Source: an uncultured Lentisphaerales bacterium (GTDB lineage: Bacteria; Verrucomicrobiota; Lentisphaeria; JABSQK01; UBA12247). Taken from it: 64,000 nucleotides of DNA. The notes under the pieces are model-generated. The model was not told the DNA's origin and did no database searches. It saw only the letters and a list, made by a program, of their open reading frames with translations. Of this stretch, positions 49,388 through 59,627 are shown piece after piece (the stretch's first letter is position 1; the number at the start of each line of letters is the position of its first letter). A program made the position numbers and the translations under genes. The DNA lies in NCBI GenBank assembly GCA_943788985.1, contig CALSSJ010000011.1:32001-96000 (forward strand). Direction: 5' to 3'.

Positions 49388-52345
49388 ATGTATCATCGCC
49401 TGCAGGTCTCCCCAAAAACCGGAGTTCGTGACGCACGCGGTGAAGAAACTCAGGAGCGAATTCAACGCTACCTGGGAATCAGCACAGACCGGGTGCAAGT
49501 GCGCGACGTTTACTCTCTTTTCGCTGATCTCACAGCTGACCAGGCTGCGGAGATCGCAACCTGCTGCAGCAATCCGGTATTGCAGACCACCGAGAGTACG
49601 GACGTCTCTTTTGATTGGCTGATTGCCGTCGGGTACCTACCAGGCGTGACGGACAATGTTTCCCGTACGTTGCGGCGCGTCATTCGTGATGCGATCGGCA
49701 GACCATTGCGCGAGGACGAAGAAGTCTACTCCAGTGTCGAATACCTAATCTCAGGCCCAGGCTTGAGCCGTGAGTCAGTCGCAACTATGGCCACAGATTT
49801 GCTGGCAAATGCCCTGATCCAGAGCGTGGCTATTCGCAACGCTAGTGAGTGGCGAGAGCAAGGCCCTCATCAAAATAGGCCGCGATATGACGCCAGTGAT
49901 GTCGAAGAAGGCGCGTCGGTTGAGATTGATCTTACCGGCGATGACGCACAGCTGCAGGCCATCAGTGACAAGAACACGCTGGCCCTGACCTTGGCCGAAA
50001 TGAAGGCCATCCGCGACTATTTTTCTGGACAGAAGTCGGAGCGCCGAGCTCTTGACCTGCCTACGAATCCTACAGATTGCGAGCTAGAGATACTGGCCCA
50101 GACCTGGTCTGAGCATTGCAAGCATAAGATCTTCGATGCGATCATCCATTACCGGGATGATGCCGGAAATGAGCAAACCGTGGACGGTTGCTTTCCTACC
50201 TTTATTCGCGCTGCGACATTTGAGATTGGCGAAGACATCGACTGGCTGGTTTCCGTCTTCCATGATAATGCCGGGGTTGTGCGCTTTAACGACACCTTAA
50301 ACCTCGTGTACAAGGCCGAGACCCACAACAGCCCCTCGGCGCTCGATCCGTACGGTGGCGCCATGACAGGCATCGTTGGCGTGAATCGCGACCCGATGGG
50401 GACTGGGCTTGGTGCTGACCTCACACTGAACGTCTGGGGGTATTGCTTCGGCTCCCCGGCTACGCCCGCTGAAGACGTTCCCGAGAGCCTGTTTCACCCC
50501 GCTCGGCTGCGCGATTGTGTTCACCACGGCGTGATCGATGGCGGGAATCAGAGCGGAATTCCATACGCGATCGGCTGGGAGTACTTTGACCCGCGCTACC
50601 TCGGAAAGCCGCTCGTGTTTTGCGGCACGGTCGGGACGCTTCCGCGTACGATCAACGGGCAAGCAAGTGAAGATAAGTCCATTCTCCCAGGCGACTTTGT
50701 AGTCATGGCCGGTGGCCAGATCGGCAAGGACGGCATTCATGGCGCTACGTTCAGCAGCGAGGAACTGCATGGTTCGTCGCCCAGCCAGGCTGTGCAGATT
50801 GGCGACCCCATTACCCAGAAGATGCTCGCAGACTTTCTGTATGTTGCTCGTGACCGCGGCCTGTTTCGCTTCATTACCGACAACGGTGCCGGCGGCTTGT
50901 CCTCCAGCATCGGTGAGATGGCGACACAGTGTGGTGGCGCTCGCCTGGAACTGTCGAATGCACCGCTTAAGTATGTAGGCCTTCGCCCTTGGGAGATTCT
51001 GCTCTCGGAAGCGCAGGAGCGCATGAGCTTCGCGGTACCGCCGGAGGACTGGGACGAGCTCAAGGCGCTCGCAGACTCCTACGAGGTCGAGATCAGCAAC
51101 ATCGGTGTGTTTACCGACGATGGCTGGTTCGACATTCGCTACGAGGACGAGCGAATTGCCCGGATTGAGCTCGAGTTCATGCACAAGGGCTATCCCCGGT
51201 TGGAGATTCCTGCCGTGTGGGCACCACCTCAGCACGACGAGCCCACCACGCTAGACCAAGATCCGTCGCAGGCATTGCTGGACCTTCTCGCTCGTGACAA
51301 CATCACCAGCGGTGAAACTCATGCTCGTCAATATGATCACGAGGTCAAAGGCCTCAGCGTGATCAAGCCGTACGTGGGGATCGATAATAACGTCGCCTCC
51401 GATGCCGTCGTCTCGATGCTGGAGCCGCTGACCACAGAAGGGGTAATCCTGGCCGCAGCCGTGCTGCCACGCTACTCCGATATCGACACCTACCACATGA
51501 CTGCCTCGGTTATCGACCTTGCCGTACGTCGTACGATCGCCGTTGGCGGCGAGATGGGCCGCATCGCCGGGCTGGACAACTTCTGCTGGCCAGATCCGGT
51601 CGAAAGCCCCAAGACGCCAGACGGGGCTTACAAGGCCGCGCAGCTGGTGCGCTCAAATCAGGCGCTCTATGACTATTGTAAGGCGTACGGTGTGCCATGT
51701 ATCTCCGGCAAGGATAGCATGAAGAACGACAGCACGCGTGGCGGTCGCAAGATTTCGATTCCTCCGACTTTGCTGTTCTCCACGATCACGCCGATGGCAG
51801 ACATCACGCGCAGCGTCACACTGGACGTCAAGCGGGCCAGAGACTTGGTCTATGTGGTCGGTGCGACCCTCCCCGAGTTGGGCGGCAGTGAGTATCTGGC
51901 GATGCAAGGCTACACGGGCAATGCGGTCCCGAAGGTGGACGCAGACGAAGCAATCAGAACCTACCAGGCGATGGCGAAGGCTACCGCCGCCGGGCTCTGC
52001 CGCTCCATTCATACCCCGGCGCTTGGCGGTCTGGCGGTGGCACTTGCGAAGTCCGCAATCGGCGGGCAGTTGGGCATCGAGGCTGACCTGTCGCTAGTCC
52101 CAACTGCAGGAGATCTTGATCTGAACGGGCTCTTGTTTTCCGAAACCAACAGCCGCTTCGTGGTCACCGTCTGTCCCGACAACTGGCAGAAATTCGAAGC
52201 GCTGTTCGAAGCAGATCAGGCTGTGGCTTGCATCGGCAAAGTCACGCGAGACCCGGCGTTGGTCCTGCATCATCGGGGAAGCCCAGAAGTTGAGCTAAAC
52301 CTGGCCGAGCTCACAGCGGCCTATACCCGCGGACCGGAGGCGTAA
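49388..52345 (+). CDS. purL: FGAM synthase synthetase subunit with fused N-terminal PurS-like region
   Basis: 'AQTWSEHCKHKIF', 'DNAGV', 'KAETHNSPSALDPYGGA', 'DGIHGA', 'DNGAGG', 'SEAQERM', 'ISGKDS'. Confidence 0.96.
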   Translation: MYHRLQVSPKTGVRDARGEETQERIQRYLGISTDRVQVRDVYSLFADLTADQAAEIATCCSNPVLQTTESTDVSFDWLIAVGYLPGVTDNVSRTLRRVIRDAIGRPLREDEEVYSSVEYLISGPGLSRESVATMATDLLANALIQSVAIRNASEWREQGPHQNRPRYDASDVEEGASVEIDLTGDDAQLQAISDKNTLALTLAEMKAIRDYFSGQKSERRALDLPTNPTDCELEILAQTWSEHCKHKIFDAIIHYRDDAGNEQTVDGCFPTFIRAATFEIGEDIDWLVSVFHDNAGVVRFNDTLNLVYKAETHNSPSALDPYGGAMTGIVGVNRDPMGTGLGADLTLNVWGYCFGSPATPAEDVPESLFHPARLRDCVHHGVIDGGNQSGIPYAIGWEYFDPRYLGKPLVFCGTVGTLPRTINGQASEDKSILPGDFVVMAGGQIGKDGIHGATFSSEELHGSSPSQAVQIGDPITQKMLADFLYVARDRGLFRFITDNGAGGLSSSIGEMATQCGGARLELSNAPLKYVGLRPWEILLSEAQERMSFAVPPEDWDELKALADSYEVEISNIGVFTDDGWFDIRYEDERIARIELEFMHKGYPRLEIPAVWAPPQHDEPTTLDQDPSQALLDLLARDNITSGETHARQYDHEVKGLSVIKPYVGIDNNVASDAVVSMLEPLTTEGVILAAAVLPRYSDIDTYHMTASVIDLAVRRTIAVGGEMGRIAGLDNFCWPDPVESPKTPDGAYKAAQLVRSNQALYDYCKAYGVPCISGKDSMKNDSTRGGRKISIPPTLLFSTITPMADITRSVTLDVKRARDLVYVVGATLPELGGSEYLAMQGYTGNAVPKVDADEAIRTYQAMAKATAAGLCRSIHTPALGGLAVALAKSAIGGQLGIEADLSLVPTAGDLDLNGLLFSETNSRFVVTVCPDNWQKFEALFEADQAVACIGKVTRDPALVLHHRGSPEVELNLAELTAAYTRGPEA

Positions 52346-52347
52346 CC

Positions 52348-53139
52348 ATGGCTAAGTGTCTCATCATTACCGGCTACGGACTGAACTGTGAACGCGAAAC
52401 ACAGGCTGCATTCGAGCATTGCGGTGCACAGGTCAGCCTGCTGCACTTCAACCAGCTGCTTGCGCGTCCCGAGACCTTGCAGGAGCACGACATTCTTACC
52501 TTTATTGGCGGCTTCTCGTTTGGTGACCATCTCGGTGCCGGCGTGGCGTTTGCGAATAAGGTCCGGCACCAACTCGGCGAAGCGCTCGACAGCTACGTCG
52601 CCGGCGGGCGATTAGTTCTTGGCATTTGCAACGGGATGCAGGTCATCACCCGCCTTGGGTTGTTGCCAGCCAGTGATGGGCAGACCGGGGAACCGCAAGC
52701 GGCGATGGCTCGCAATGACAACGACCGCTTTCGCGATGACTGGGTCACGGTGCGGGCGAATCCTGAGTCTCCTTGCGTGTTTACCCGCGGCCTCGATTCC
52801 CTAGCGCTGCCGATCCGCCACGGCGAGGGCAAGTTTTCCGTTGCCTCGCAGGACGTGCTGGACCGCATCATTGCTCAGGGACAGATTTGCCTGCAGTACT
52901 GCGATCCGGAGTCCGGAGAGCCGACTGAAGAGTTTCCGGACAATCCCAATGGCTCCCCGCTTGGAATCGCTGGCGTTTGTGACCCCACTGGCCGGATTCT
53001 CGGCATGATGCCTCATCCAGAGGCATACCTGTCGCCGTATAACCATCCGCACTGGACTCGCCAGAAGCTCAACGGCGTGCTGCCAGCAGAAGGCCTCGGC
53101 GTAGCCATCTTCCGCAACGCGGTGGACTTCGTCGGCTAG
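52348..53139 (+). CDS. purQ: FGAM synthase glutaminase subunit
   Basis: 'GLNCERET', 'GGFSFGD', 'GICNGMQ', 'HGEG', 'NPNGS', 'MMPHPE'. Confidence 0.96.
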   Translation: MAKCLIITGYGLNCERETQAAFEHCGAQVSLLHFNQLLARPETLQEHDILTFIGGFSFGDHLGAGVAFANKVRHQLGEALDSYVAGGRLVLGICNGMQVITRLGLLPASDGQTGEPQAAMARNDNDRFRDDWVTVRANPESPCVFTRGLDSLALPIRHGEGKFSVASQDVLDRIIAQGQICLQYCDPESGEPTEEFPDNPNGSPLGIAGVCDPTGRILGMMPHPEAYLSPYNHPHWTRQKLNGVLPAEGLGVAIFRNAVDFVG

Positions 53140-53153
53140 CAGCCTCTCGCGGC

Positions 53154-54365
53154 CTACCTTCTGCCGTACTTGAGTACCGGTACGAGCATCAGGCTCGCAC
53201 CCGTCATTAGGGCAGCTGCCAGCCAACCGATCTGGTTGATGGGAAGCCACTCGTGGGTGAGCATTAAGTAGGCCAGGTAGGGGCCGATCATGGCGCGAGT
53301 TGCGGTGAGGAACGTGTGCACCGCCATGTACTCGGCGGTATGCTCCTCCTTGGCAAACTTGGTCACCCACAAGGTCCAGGCAACCGTCCCGCCACCCCGG
53401 CCAATGCCAAAGCAAACCGTGCCCAGAATAATGCCGGAGACGGTCCCCGTGAAGTAGGTGAGTAGACTGAGAATGAAGGCACAGTTGATCGCGATGCGCA
53501 GCGCAAAGAAATTGACGCGATCGAACATGCGTCCCCAAACGTACATCGCGCCAACTGATACTGCCTCGGGCAGAACCATCAGCAGAAAGACTGCGTACGC
53601 AGCGTCAAGATTTAAGTAGTCCGGCGACGCCGCCAACTCAGTGCGCAAAGGGATCGTCGCCAGGTTCGCGATCCCCATGATGTACCAGACCAGGCTGACG
53701 TAGCCGAATAGACGGTCCTGGACTAGAAAGCGGAGACACCGCAGCGGATTCACTGATGCAGTCGCGTCCAGAGCGACCGAGGGTACGCGCCAGATGGCAG
53801 CACCGCCGATCAGGCAGAGGATGGCCAGGCCAAATAGCACGGGCCGGAATCTCCCGGCATCATCGCCCATGTACTGTGAAATGATCAAGCCGCCGACCAA
53901 GGCAGAAACGGCTGCGGACATCGCCACCAGACTGAAGGTGCGCCCGCGCTTCTTGGCGCCAACATTCTGCCGCCAGAGTGCGGGGATTAGTGGCAGGCTG
54001 GTGCCAAGCAACGGCCCGCCAATCAGGATTCCGCCGACGAATGGCCAAAGCCCTGTGCTGCTTCCTGCCAAAATGAGGCCGCCAGCGCTCAGGGCCGCCG
54101 TGAAGGCGAGCACGCGGGTGATCGGGACTTGCGCCCGGCTCACCAGCAGAGTGGTGAGGGGAGCCAGAATCATGCCCAGCGCCACAGACACCGTCAGTAG
54201 CCATTTTGCGGTCGCTGTCGCCTCAAAGTGCTGAATGGCCACAATCATGACCACACCGGTAGGGTGAAGGCTGGCGATCACTGGCGAGAGGAGCATGGAA
54301 CGGGCTAGCTCACCCTTCATCGGGCCAAGATCGAAGCGCGCTTCTTTGTCCCCCTGGGCAGTCAT
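53154..54365 (-). CDS. MFS transporter
   Basis: 403 aa with about 12 hydrophobic segments; 'KKRGRTFS', 'WGRMFDRVN'. Confidence 0.85.
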   Translation of the reverse strand: MTAQGDKEARFDLGPMKGELARSMLLSPVIASLHPTGVVMIVAIQHFEATATAKWLLTVSVALGMILAPLTTLLVSRAQVPITRVLAFTAALSAGGLILAGSSTGLWPFVGGILIGGPLLGTSLPLIPALWRQNVGAKKRGRTFSLVAMSAAVSALVGGLIISQYMGDDAGRFRPVLFGLAILCLIGGAAIWRVPSVALDATASVNPLRCLRFLVQDRLFGYVSLVWYIMGIANLATIPLRTELAASPDYLNLDAAYAVFLLMVLPEAVSVGAMYVWGRMFDRVNFFALRIAINCAFILSLLTYFTGTVSGIILGTVCFGIGRGGGTVAWTLWVTKFAKEEHTAEYMAVHTFLTATRAMIGPYLAYLMLTHEWLPINQIGWLAAALMTGASLMLVPVLKYGRR

Positions 54366-54385
54366 TGGGCGGCAGAGAGGCGTAG

Positions 54386-56062
54386 TCAGAGGCGGAACAT
54401 CGCTCCCATGCGATCGCCCAACATACGCGTTGCAAACAGGATGCTACAGCCGAGAAAGGCCATCGCCCAGACACCAAACGCGCACGCAATATACGGTCCG
54501 GATCCCAGAACCATCGATAGCTCATAGATCGCACGGGTGATCGGGAAGTATTCCATCTTCTGCGCCAAAATGAGCGAATCGGACACCTCGAGCATGGAGA
54601 AGCTGAAGGCAAAGACCATGCCGCCAATGAGGTTGGCAAAGATGAGCGGGACTGTGATGCGGCTGAGTACCGTAAACGATTTGGCTCCGAGATTCGCGGC
54701 GGCCCGCTCGAGGTCCTCAGGGGTTTGCTGCAGGCCTGCGGTAGCGGCGCGTAGCACGTAGGGCAGCCTTCTGGTGCCATAAGCAATGATCAGCAGCAAG
54801 GTTGGATTCTCGATTGGGTCGAGCCAGCTGCGGAGCCAGTCGTAGCGGGTTGCCATGCTCAGATAGCCAAAGGCAAGAATGATCCCGGGAACAGCCAGTG
54901 GCAACATCGCGATCCCATCGAGCAGGCGCCAGCCCGGTGGCTTCCAGCGCACTGCGACCAAGGCCACAAGCAGGCCCAGGACGACAGCGCCGCACGTGGC
55001 AATGGAAGCATACAGGACGCTGTTGCCAATGCTCGGTACGACAAAGTCATGGGTCACAGCATCTTGGTAGAAGCGCAGGGTGTAGGCGCTCGGCAGAATG
55101 GTCTCGTGCCAGTCTCGCGACACGGATAGCAGCAACACGCCGAAGTGGGGAAAAATCGCCAGCAAGCTCAACCCGATAAACAGGGCCGTGACGCCCCAGC
55201 GCTGCCAAGCATGCGGTAGTTCTGCGGGCTTGGCACCACTGCTGGACTTCATCGAGCCGAGATCCTGGGCCCGACCAAGGAAGTAGTGCCCGACAAAGTA
55301 AAGCAGGCTGCTTACCACCAAGAGGACCACCACCAAGCTGTACGCCGTCGGATTGGAGTTTAGCTCGCCGATTCCAGCGAAGATTTGCGCCGGTGTCACA
55401 TCGAGATAGCCCAGCATCAGCGGCGTGCCGAGCTCGGTAAAGCTCCAGATAAAGACGATGACCCCGCCGGCAAACAGGCCGGGGCGAATTAATGGCAGAG
55501 TAATTGTGCGCAGGCGTTCCCACTCGCTGGCGCCGAGGTTTCGCGCCGCTTCATCCATCGCTGGGTCGATATTTGCCAGGGACGTGCGCACGTTCAGGTA
55601 CAGGATCGGGTAGAGGTGCAACGCCTCCAGCAGGCAGACTGCGGCAAATCGATGCTGGCCCAGCCAATCCGGACCTTGGCCTGGGGCAACCAAGCCGATT
55701 GCCGTGAGCAGCGAGTTGAACGCACCGGTCCGTTCGAAAAGCTGCTGGACACCCAGCGCGCCGACAAAAGGCGGCAGTATGAGGGGGAGGAGGACCAGAG
55801 CATTAGTCCAACTGCGCAGCGGGAAGTCATAGCGATGGGCAATCATCGCCATCGGGATCGAGACGACTGCAACCAAGACCGTCACAACCGTGGCGATCTT
55901 GAAGGCATTGATGAACCCGCTTACGTAAACCGGGTTTTGCACGGCCTCGAGCAGGTAGATCGGCTGCAGGCCCTCGAGCAGAATGGTGTACAGCGGCAGC
56001 ACCAGAAATACACCAAAGAATGTAAACAGCAGGACAACGGTTGCGGTGCGAACGATCTTCAA
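54386..56062 (-). CDS. FbpB/ThiP-type ABC transporter permease (duplicated TM domain)
   Basis: Two EAA loops, 'DEAARNLGAS...ITLPLIRP' and 'ERAAANLGAK...ITVPLI'; 'ELGTPL'. Confidence 0.9.
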   Translation of the reverse strand: MKIVRTATVVLLFTFFGVFLVLPLYTILLEGLQPIYLLEAVQNPVYVSGFINAFKIATVVTVLVAVVSIPMAMIAHRYDFPLRSWTNALVLLPLILPPFVGALGVQQLFERTGAFNSLLTAIGLVAPGQGPDWLGQHRFAAVCLLEALHLYPILYLNVRTSLANIDPAMDEAARNLGASEWERLRTITLPLIRPGLFAGGVIVFIWSFTELGTPLMLGYLDVTPAQIFAGIGELNSNPTAYSLVVVLLVVSSLLYFVGHYFLGRAQDLGSMKSSSGAKPAELPHAWQRWGVTALFIGLSLLAIFPHFGVLLLSVSRDWHETILPSAYTLRFYQDAVTHDFVVPSIGNSVLYASIATCGAVVLGLLVALVAVRWKPPGWRLLDGIAMLPLAVPGIILAFGYLSMATRYDWLRSWLDPIENPTLLLIIAYGTRRLPYVLRAATAGLQQTPEDLERAAANLGAKSFTVLSRITVPLIFANLIGGMVFAFSFSMLEVSDSLILAQKMEYFPITRAIYELSMVLGSGPYIACAFGVWAMAFLGCSILFATRMLGDRMGAMFRL

Positions 56063-56110
56063 TATCCCGTCCCCGGAGTGATGCGTGTTACTAGCCTGGA
56101 TAGTTCATGC

Positions 56111-56153
56111 CAGTCCGTTCAGTCCGTTCAGTCCGTTCAGTCGTTCAGTCGAT
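56111..56153. repeat. 9-bp tandem repeat (CAGTCCGTT)x3 plus two 8-bp variants, overlapping a stop codon
   Basis: cagtccgtt cagtccgtt cagtccgtt cagtcgtt cagtcgat. Confidence 0.85.
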
Positions 56154-57671
56154 GAGTAGGTCGAGATCGTCGTCATCGTCATCGTCGAGCAGGCTCGAAA
56201 CCTTGCGGCTGGTCGCGCCCATCTTGGCCAAGTCAAACGATGGCAAATAGCGGTAGTAGACTTCTAACTGCAGGCAGCACAACGTAGTGGAGAACACTTT
56301 GCCTTCCACGCCAGTTTTCTTATGAATCTCCACATCCCAGTAGCCTTCCTCATGCTGATTGTTGATCAGCACCGGCTCAAATACTTTACGCCATTTCTTC
56401 CAGGCGGAGCCACCTTCATTGAAGGCAGCCTGCGTGTCGTAGTACCAACCATACAGGCTGTGTGCGGCCGCTTCCTTAAAGTCCTTTTTTGCGTGTTCAT
56501 AGCCTTCTAACCGCGATTTCATGATCGTATTGTCCAAGGCACCGCTTATTTCCTTGGCCTTCTTGTCGCCGAGCAGCTGGAGACAGACCGCGCCCACACC
56601 GGTCATGTTCCTGCCGGCGCCTGGACTGCTATAGCCGAACTTGTAGTTCTTATAGGTCGACTTGGTAAACTTGATCGACTTGTCAATGGCCTCATGGAGC
56701 CCCTTATTGCTGGCTCCGGCGACGTATCCAGCCTTCATTGCCTGCATCTGCCAGCCAGCGACAGACAGGTCCCAGCGTTCGCCCTTTTTAAAGCCGTAGT
56801 CGTAGCCACCGCCGCGCTGCTGACCTTTAATGAGCACGTCCAGGCCATCTTCCATCGCCCGCTTCAGAAATGGGATCTGGGTCATGCCGTAAGCCTCGGC
56901 AAGCGCATAGGTGATAATCCCGTGGGAGTAGGCCCCTCTGCCACCGGGAAAGCTCTTGCCGTTGGACGGCATCCGTTCAGCGAGCCACTGCATTGCCTTC
57001 TGGACTGTGACGCCAAACTCTTCTGACAGCGGGGTATCGCCATGCGCCAGAAAACAGAGCAAGGCCAAGGCCGTAAATGCCGGATCCCCCGGCCAGGAGC
57101 CATCGTTCTTCTGCACTTTCTGCAGCCAGCGAAGGGCGCGCAGCACTGCGTCCTGGCCAGCGCCGGAACCGCCGTGCCTTCTTACGGTCGCGGCTCGCCC
57201 GGCAGCGGAACGCCCTCCGTAGAGCGACGACAGCTTTAAGGGGGACATCGTCGGTTGGACGTCCAGCTGCTCTTCAAACTCAGAATTGTCATCCGTCTGC
57301 GGCGCTTCGTCGCTGACGTCCTCTAAGGCCACATCTGCCTCGGTTTCCGTAGGCGTTGGCGCTTCTACGCTGATCTCCGGCGCCACATCGTCGAAAGTCT
57401 CTTCTTCAATCTCCTCGATCTCCTCGATCATCTCTTCTTCGAGTTCGACGATCTCAATCTCTTCCACCGTAATTTCGATGGCTGGCTCTTCATACTCTGT
57501 CGTGCTGGTTGCGAACACCGCAAGCATCCCGAGGACAAGGACGTGCACGACGAATGAAATCGCCGGGCCGATCATGTGCTCGCGCATTTGCTTCGCACGG
57601 TATGCCGCGAGTATCGCTTCGACATCAGCGTCGTGGCTGGAGCTCTCCTGAGCCTCAATATCTTCAGACAT
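56145..57671 (-). CDS. Membrane-anchored prenyltransferase/squalene-oxidase-repeat protein, copy A
   Basis: N-terminal TM helix and acidic linker; QW-type repeats 'ALRWLQKVQKNDGSW', 'QQRGGGYDY', 'NQHEEGYW'; 'LEVYYRYLP'. Confidence 0.88.
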   Translation of the reverse strand: MSEDIEAQESSSHDADVEAILAAYRAKQMREHMIGPAISFVVHVLVLGMLAVFATSTTEYEEPAIEITVEEIEIVELEEEMIEEIEEIEEETFDDVAPEISVEAPTPTETEADVALEDVSDEAPQTDDNSEFEEQLDVQPTMSPLKLSSLYGGRSAAGRAATVRRHGGSGAGQDAVLRALRWLQKVQKNDGSWPGDPAFTALALLCFLAHGDTPLSEEFGVTVQKAMQWLAERMPSNGKSFPGGRGAYSHGIITYALAEAYGMTQIPFLKRAMEDGLDVLIKGQQRGGGYDYGFKKGERWDLSVAGWQMQAMKAGYVAGASNKGLHEAIDKSIKFTKSTYKNYKFGYSSPGAGRNMTGVGAVCLQLLGDKKAKEISGALDNTIMKSRLEGYEHAKKDFKEAAAHSLYGWYYDTQAAFNEGGSAWKKWRKVFEPVLINNQHEEGYWDVEIHKKTGVEGKVFSTTLCCLQLEVYYRYLPSFDLAKMGATSRKVSSLLDDDDDDDLDLLID

Positions 57672-57949
57672 AATAACATCCCCAAAGTAACTATAAGGTC
57701 TATATCTTCATTTCTGCAACCTTCACCGTAGCCGTCCCGTCTTTCGTCGCAAGTGCGGGGCAGGGATTTGTACGGTAGAAACTGCCCCCCTCGCACGATC
57801 GCAGAAGGCCGCCGAAGGGGCGAGGGCCAGCAGCTTCAGGAGTTCATTTGCGGCCAGCGAAGAATGTCGCTGTCTCGTGACCCTGCTGCGCTCACAGCTT
57901 CACGGCCGGTGGATCATCCTTTCCCGGTGTAATGCGTGCGACTGGTCGT

Positions 57950-59476
57950 TCAGTCGATCAGCAGGTCGAGATCGTCGTCATCGTCATCGTCGAGCAGGCT
58001 CGAAACCTTGCGGCTGGTCGCGCCCATCTTGCCCAAGTCAAACGATGGCAGATAGCGGTAGTAAACTTCCAACTGCAGGCAGGCCAGCGTGGTGGAGAGG
58101 ATTTTTCCTGGCACCCCGGTCTTCTTGTGAATCTCTACATCCCAATAGCCTTCTTTGTGCTGATTATTGATCAGCACGGGCTCAAAGACTTTACGCCATT
58201 TCTTCCAGTCCGAGCCACCCTCATTGAAGGCAGCCTGCGTGTCGTAGTACCAACCATACAGGCTGTGTGCGGCCGCTTCTTTAAAATCTTTTCTTGCGTG
58301 CTCATACCCCTCTAGTCGCTTTTTCATGATTGTGTTATCCAAGGCACCACCAATTTCCTTGGCCTTCTTGGCGCCCAGTAGCTGAAGGCAGACTATGCCC
58401 ACACCCGTCATGTTTTTGCCGGAGCCTGGGCTGCTATAGCCAAACTTGTAGTTTTTGTAGGTCGACTTGGTAAACACAATCGACTTGTCGATCGCCTCAT
58501 GGAGTCCCTTATTGCTCGCACCGGCGACGTAGCCAGCCTTCATGGCCTGCATCTGCCAACCGGCGACAGACAGATCCCAGCGCTCACCCTTTTTGAACTT
58601 GTAGTCGAAACCACCACCGCGCTGTTGGCCTTTGATGATCACGTCCAGGCCGTCTTCCATTGCCCGCTTCAAAAATGGGATCTGGGTCATGCCATAGGCC
58701 TCAGCAAGCGCATAGGTAATAATCCCGTGGGAGTAAGAATTGCTATCACGTGGAAACGACTTTCCGTCGGACGGCATCCGTTCGGCGAGCCACTGCATTG
58801 CCTTCTGGACCGTGACGCCAAACTCTTCGGACAGCGGGGTATCGCCATGCGCCAGAAAGCAGAGCAAGGCCAAGCCCGTATTGGCCGGATCCCCCGGCCA
58901 GGAGCCATCACTCGTCTGCACTTTCTGCAACCAGCGAAGGGCGCGCAGCACTGCGTCCTGGCCAGCGCCGGAACCGCCGTGCCTTCTTACGGTCGCGGCT
59001 CGCCCGGCAGCGGAACGCCCACCGTAGAGCGACGACAGCTTTAACGGGGACATTGTCGGCTGTACGTCCAGCTGCTCTTCAAACTCAGAATTGTCATCCG
59101 TCTGCGGCGCTTCGTCGCTGACGTCCTCCAAGGCCACATCTGCCTCGGTTTCCGTAGGCGTTGGCGCTTCTACGCTGATCTCCGGTGCTACATCGTCAAA
59201 AGTCTCTTCTTCAATCTCCTCGATCTCCTCGATCATCTCTTCTTCAAGCTCGACGATCTCGATCTCTTCCACCGTAATTTCGATGGCTGGCTCTTCATAC
59301 TCTGTCGTGCTGGTTGCGAACACCGCAAGCATCCCGAGGACAAGGACGTGCACGACAAATGAAATCGCCGGGCCGATCATGTGCTCGCGCATTTGCTTTG
59401 CACGGTATGCCGCGAGTATCGCTTCGACATCAGCGTCGTGGCTGGAGCTCTCCTGAGCCTCAATATCTTCAGACAT
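57950..59476 (-). CDS. Prenyltransferase-repeat protein, copy B
   Basis: 508 aa; about 28 aa differences from copy A (manual count). Confidence 0.88.
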   Translation of the reverse strand: MSEDIEAQESSSHDADVEAILAAYRAKQMREHMIGPAISFVVHVLVLGMLAVFATSTTEYEEPAIEITVEEIEIVELEEEMIEEIEEIEEETFDDVAPEISVEAPTPTETEADVALEDVSDEAPQTDDNSEFEEQLDVQPTMSPLKLSSLYGGRSAAGRAATVRRHGGSGAGQDAVLRALRWLQKVQTSDGSWPGDPANTGLALLCFLAHGDTPLSEEFGVTVQKAMQWLAERMPSDGKSFPRDSNSYSHGIITYALAEAYGMTQIPFLKRAMEDGLDVIIKGQQRGGGFDYKFKKGERWDLSVAGWQMQAMKAGYVAGASNKGLHEAIDKSIVFTKSTYKNYKFGYSSPGSGKNMTGVGIVCLQLLGAKKAKEIGGALDNTIMKKRLEGYEHARKDFKEAAAHSLYGWYYDTQAAFNEGGSDWKKWRKVFEPVLINNQHKEGYWDVEIHKKTGVPGKILSTTLACLQLEVYYRYLPSFDLGKMGATSRKVSSLLDDDDDDDLDLLID

Positions 59477-59627
59477 AAATCAAATCCTCGAGGTAACTAC
59501 AAAGTCTGTATCGTAACTTCTGTAACCTTCAACGTACCCGTCCCGTCTTGGGTCGCCAGTGAGGGTGCGGAATTCGCGCGGTAGAAGTTACACATGTAGT
59601 CCGGCACCCGCAGCCACGAGGGAGATT

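Noticed and set aside
56111..56153. CRISPR array
   Set aside because: The units are 9 bp with no spacers, and there are no cas genes.
56145..59476. DGR-type TR/VR relationship between copies A and B
   Set aside because: The differences involve all bases, many are synonymous, and both copies are full genes.
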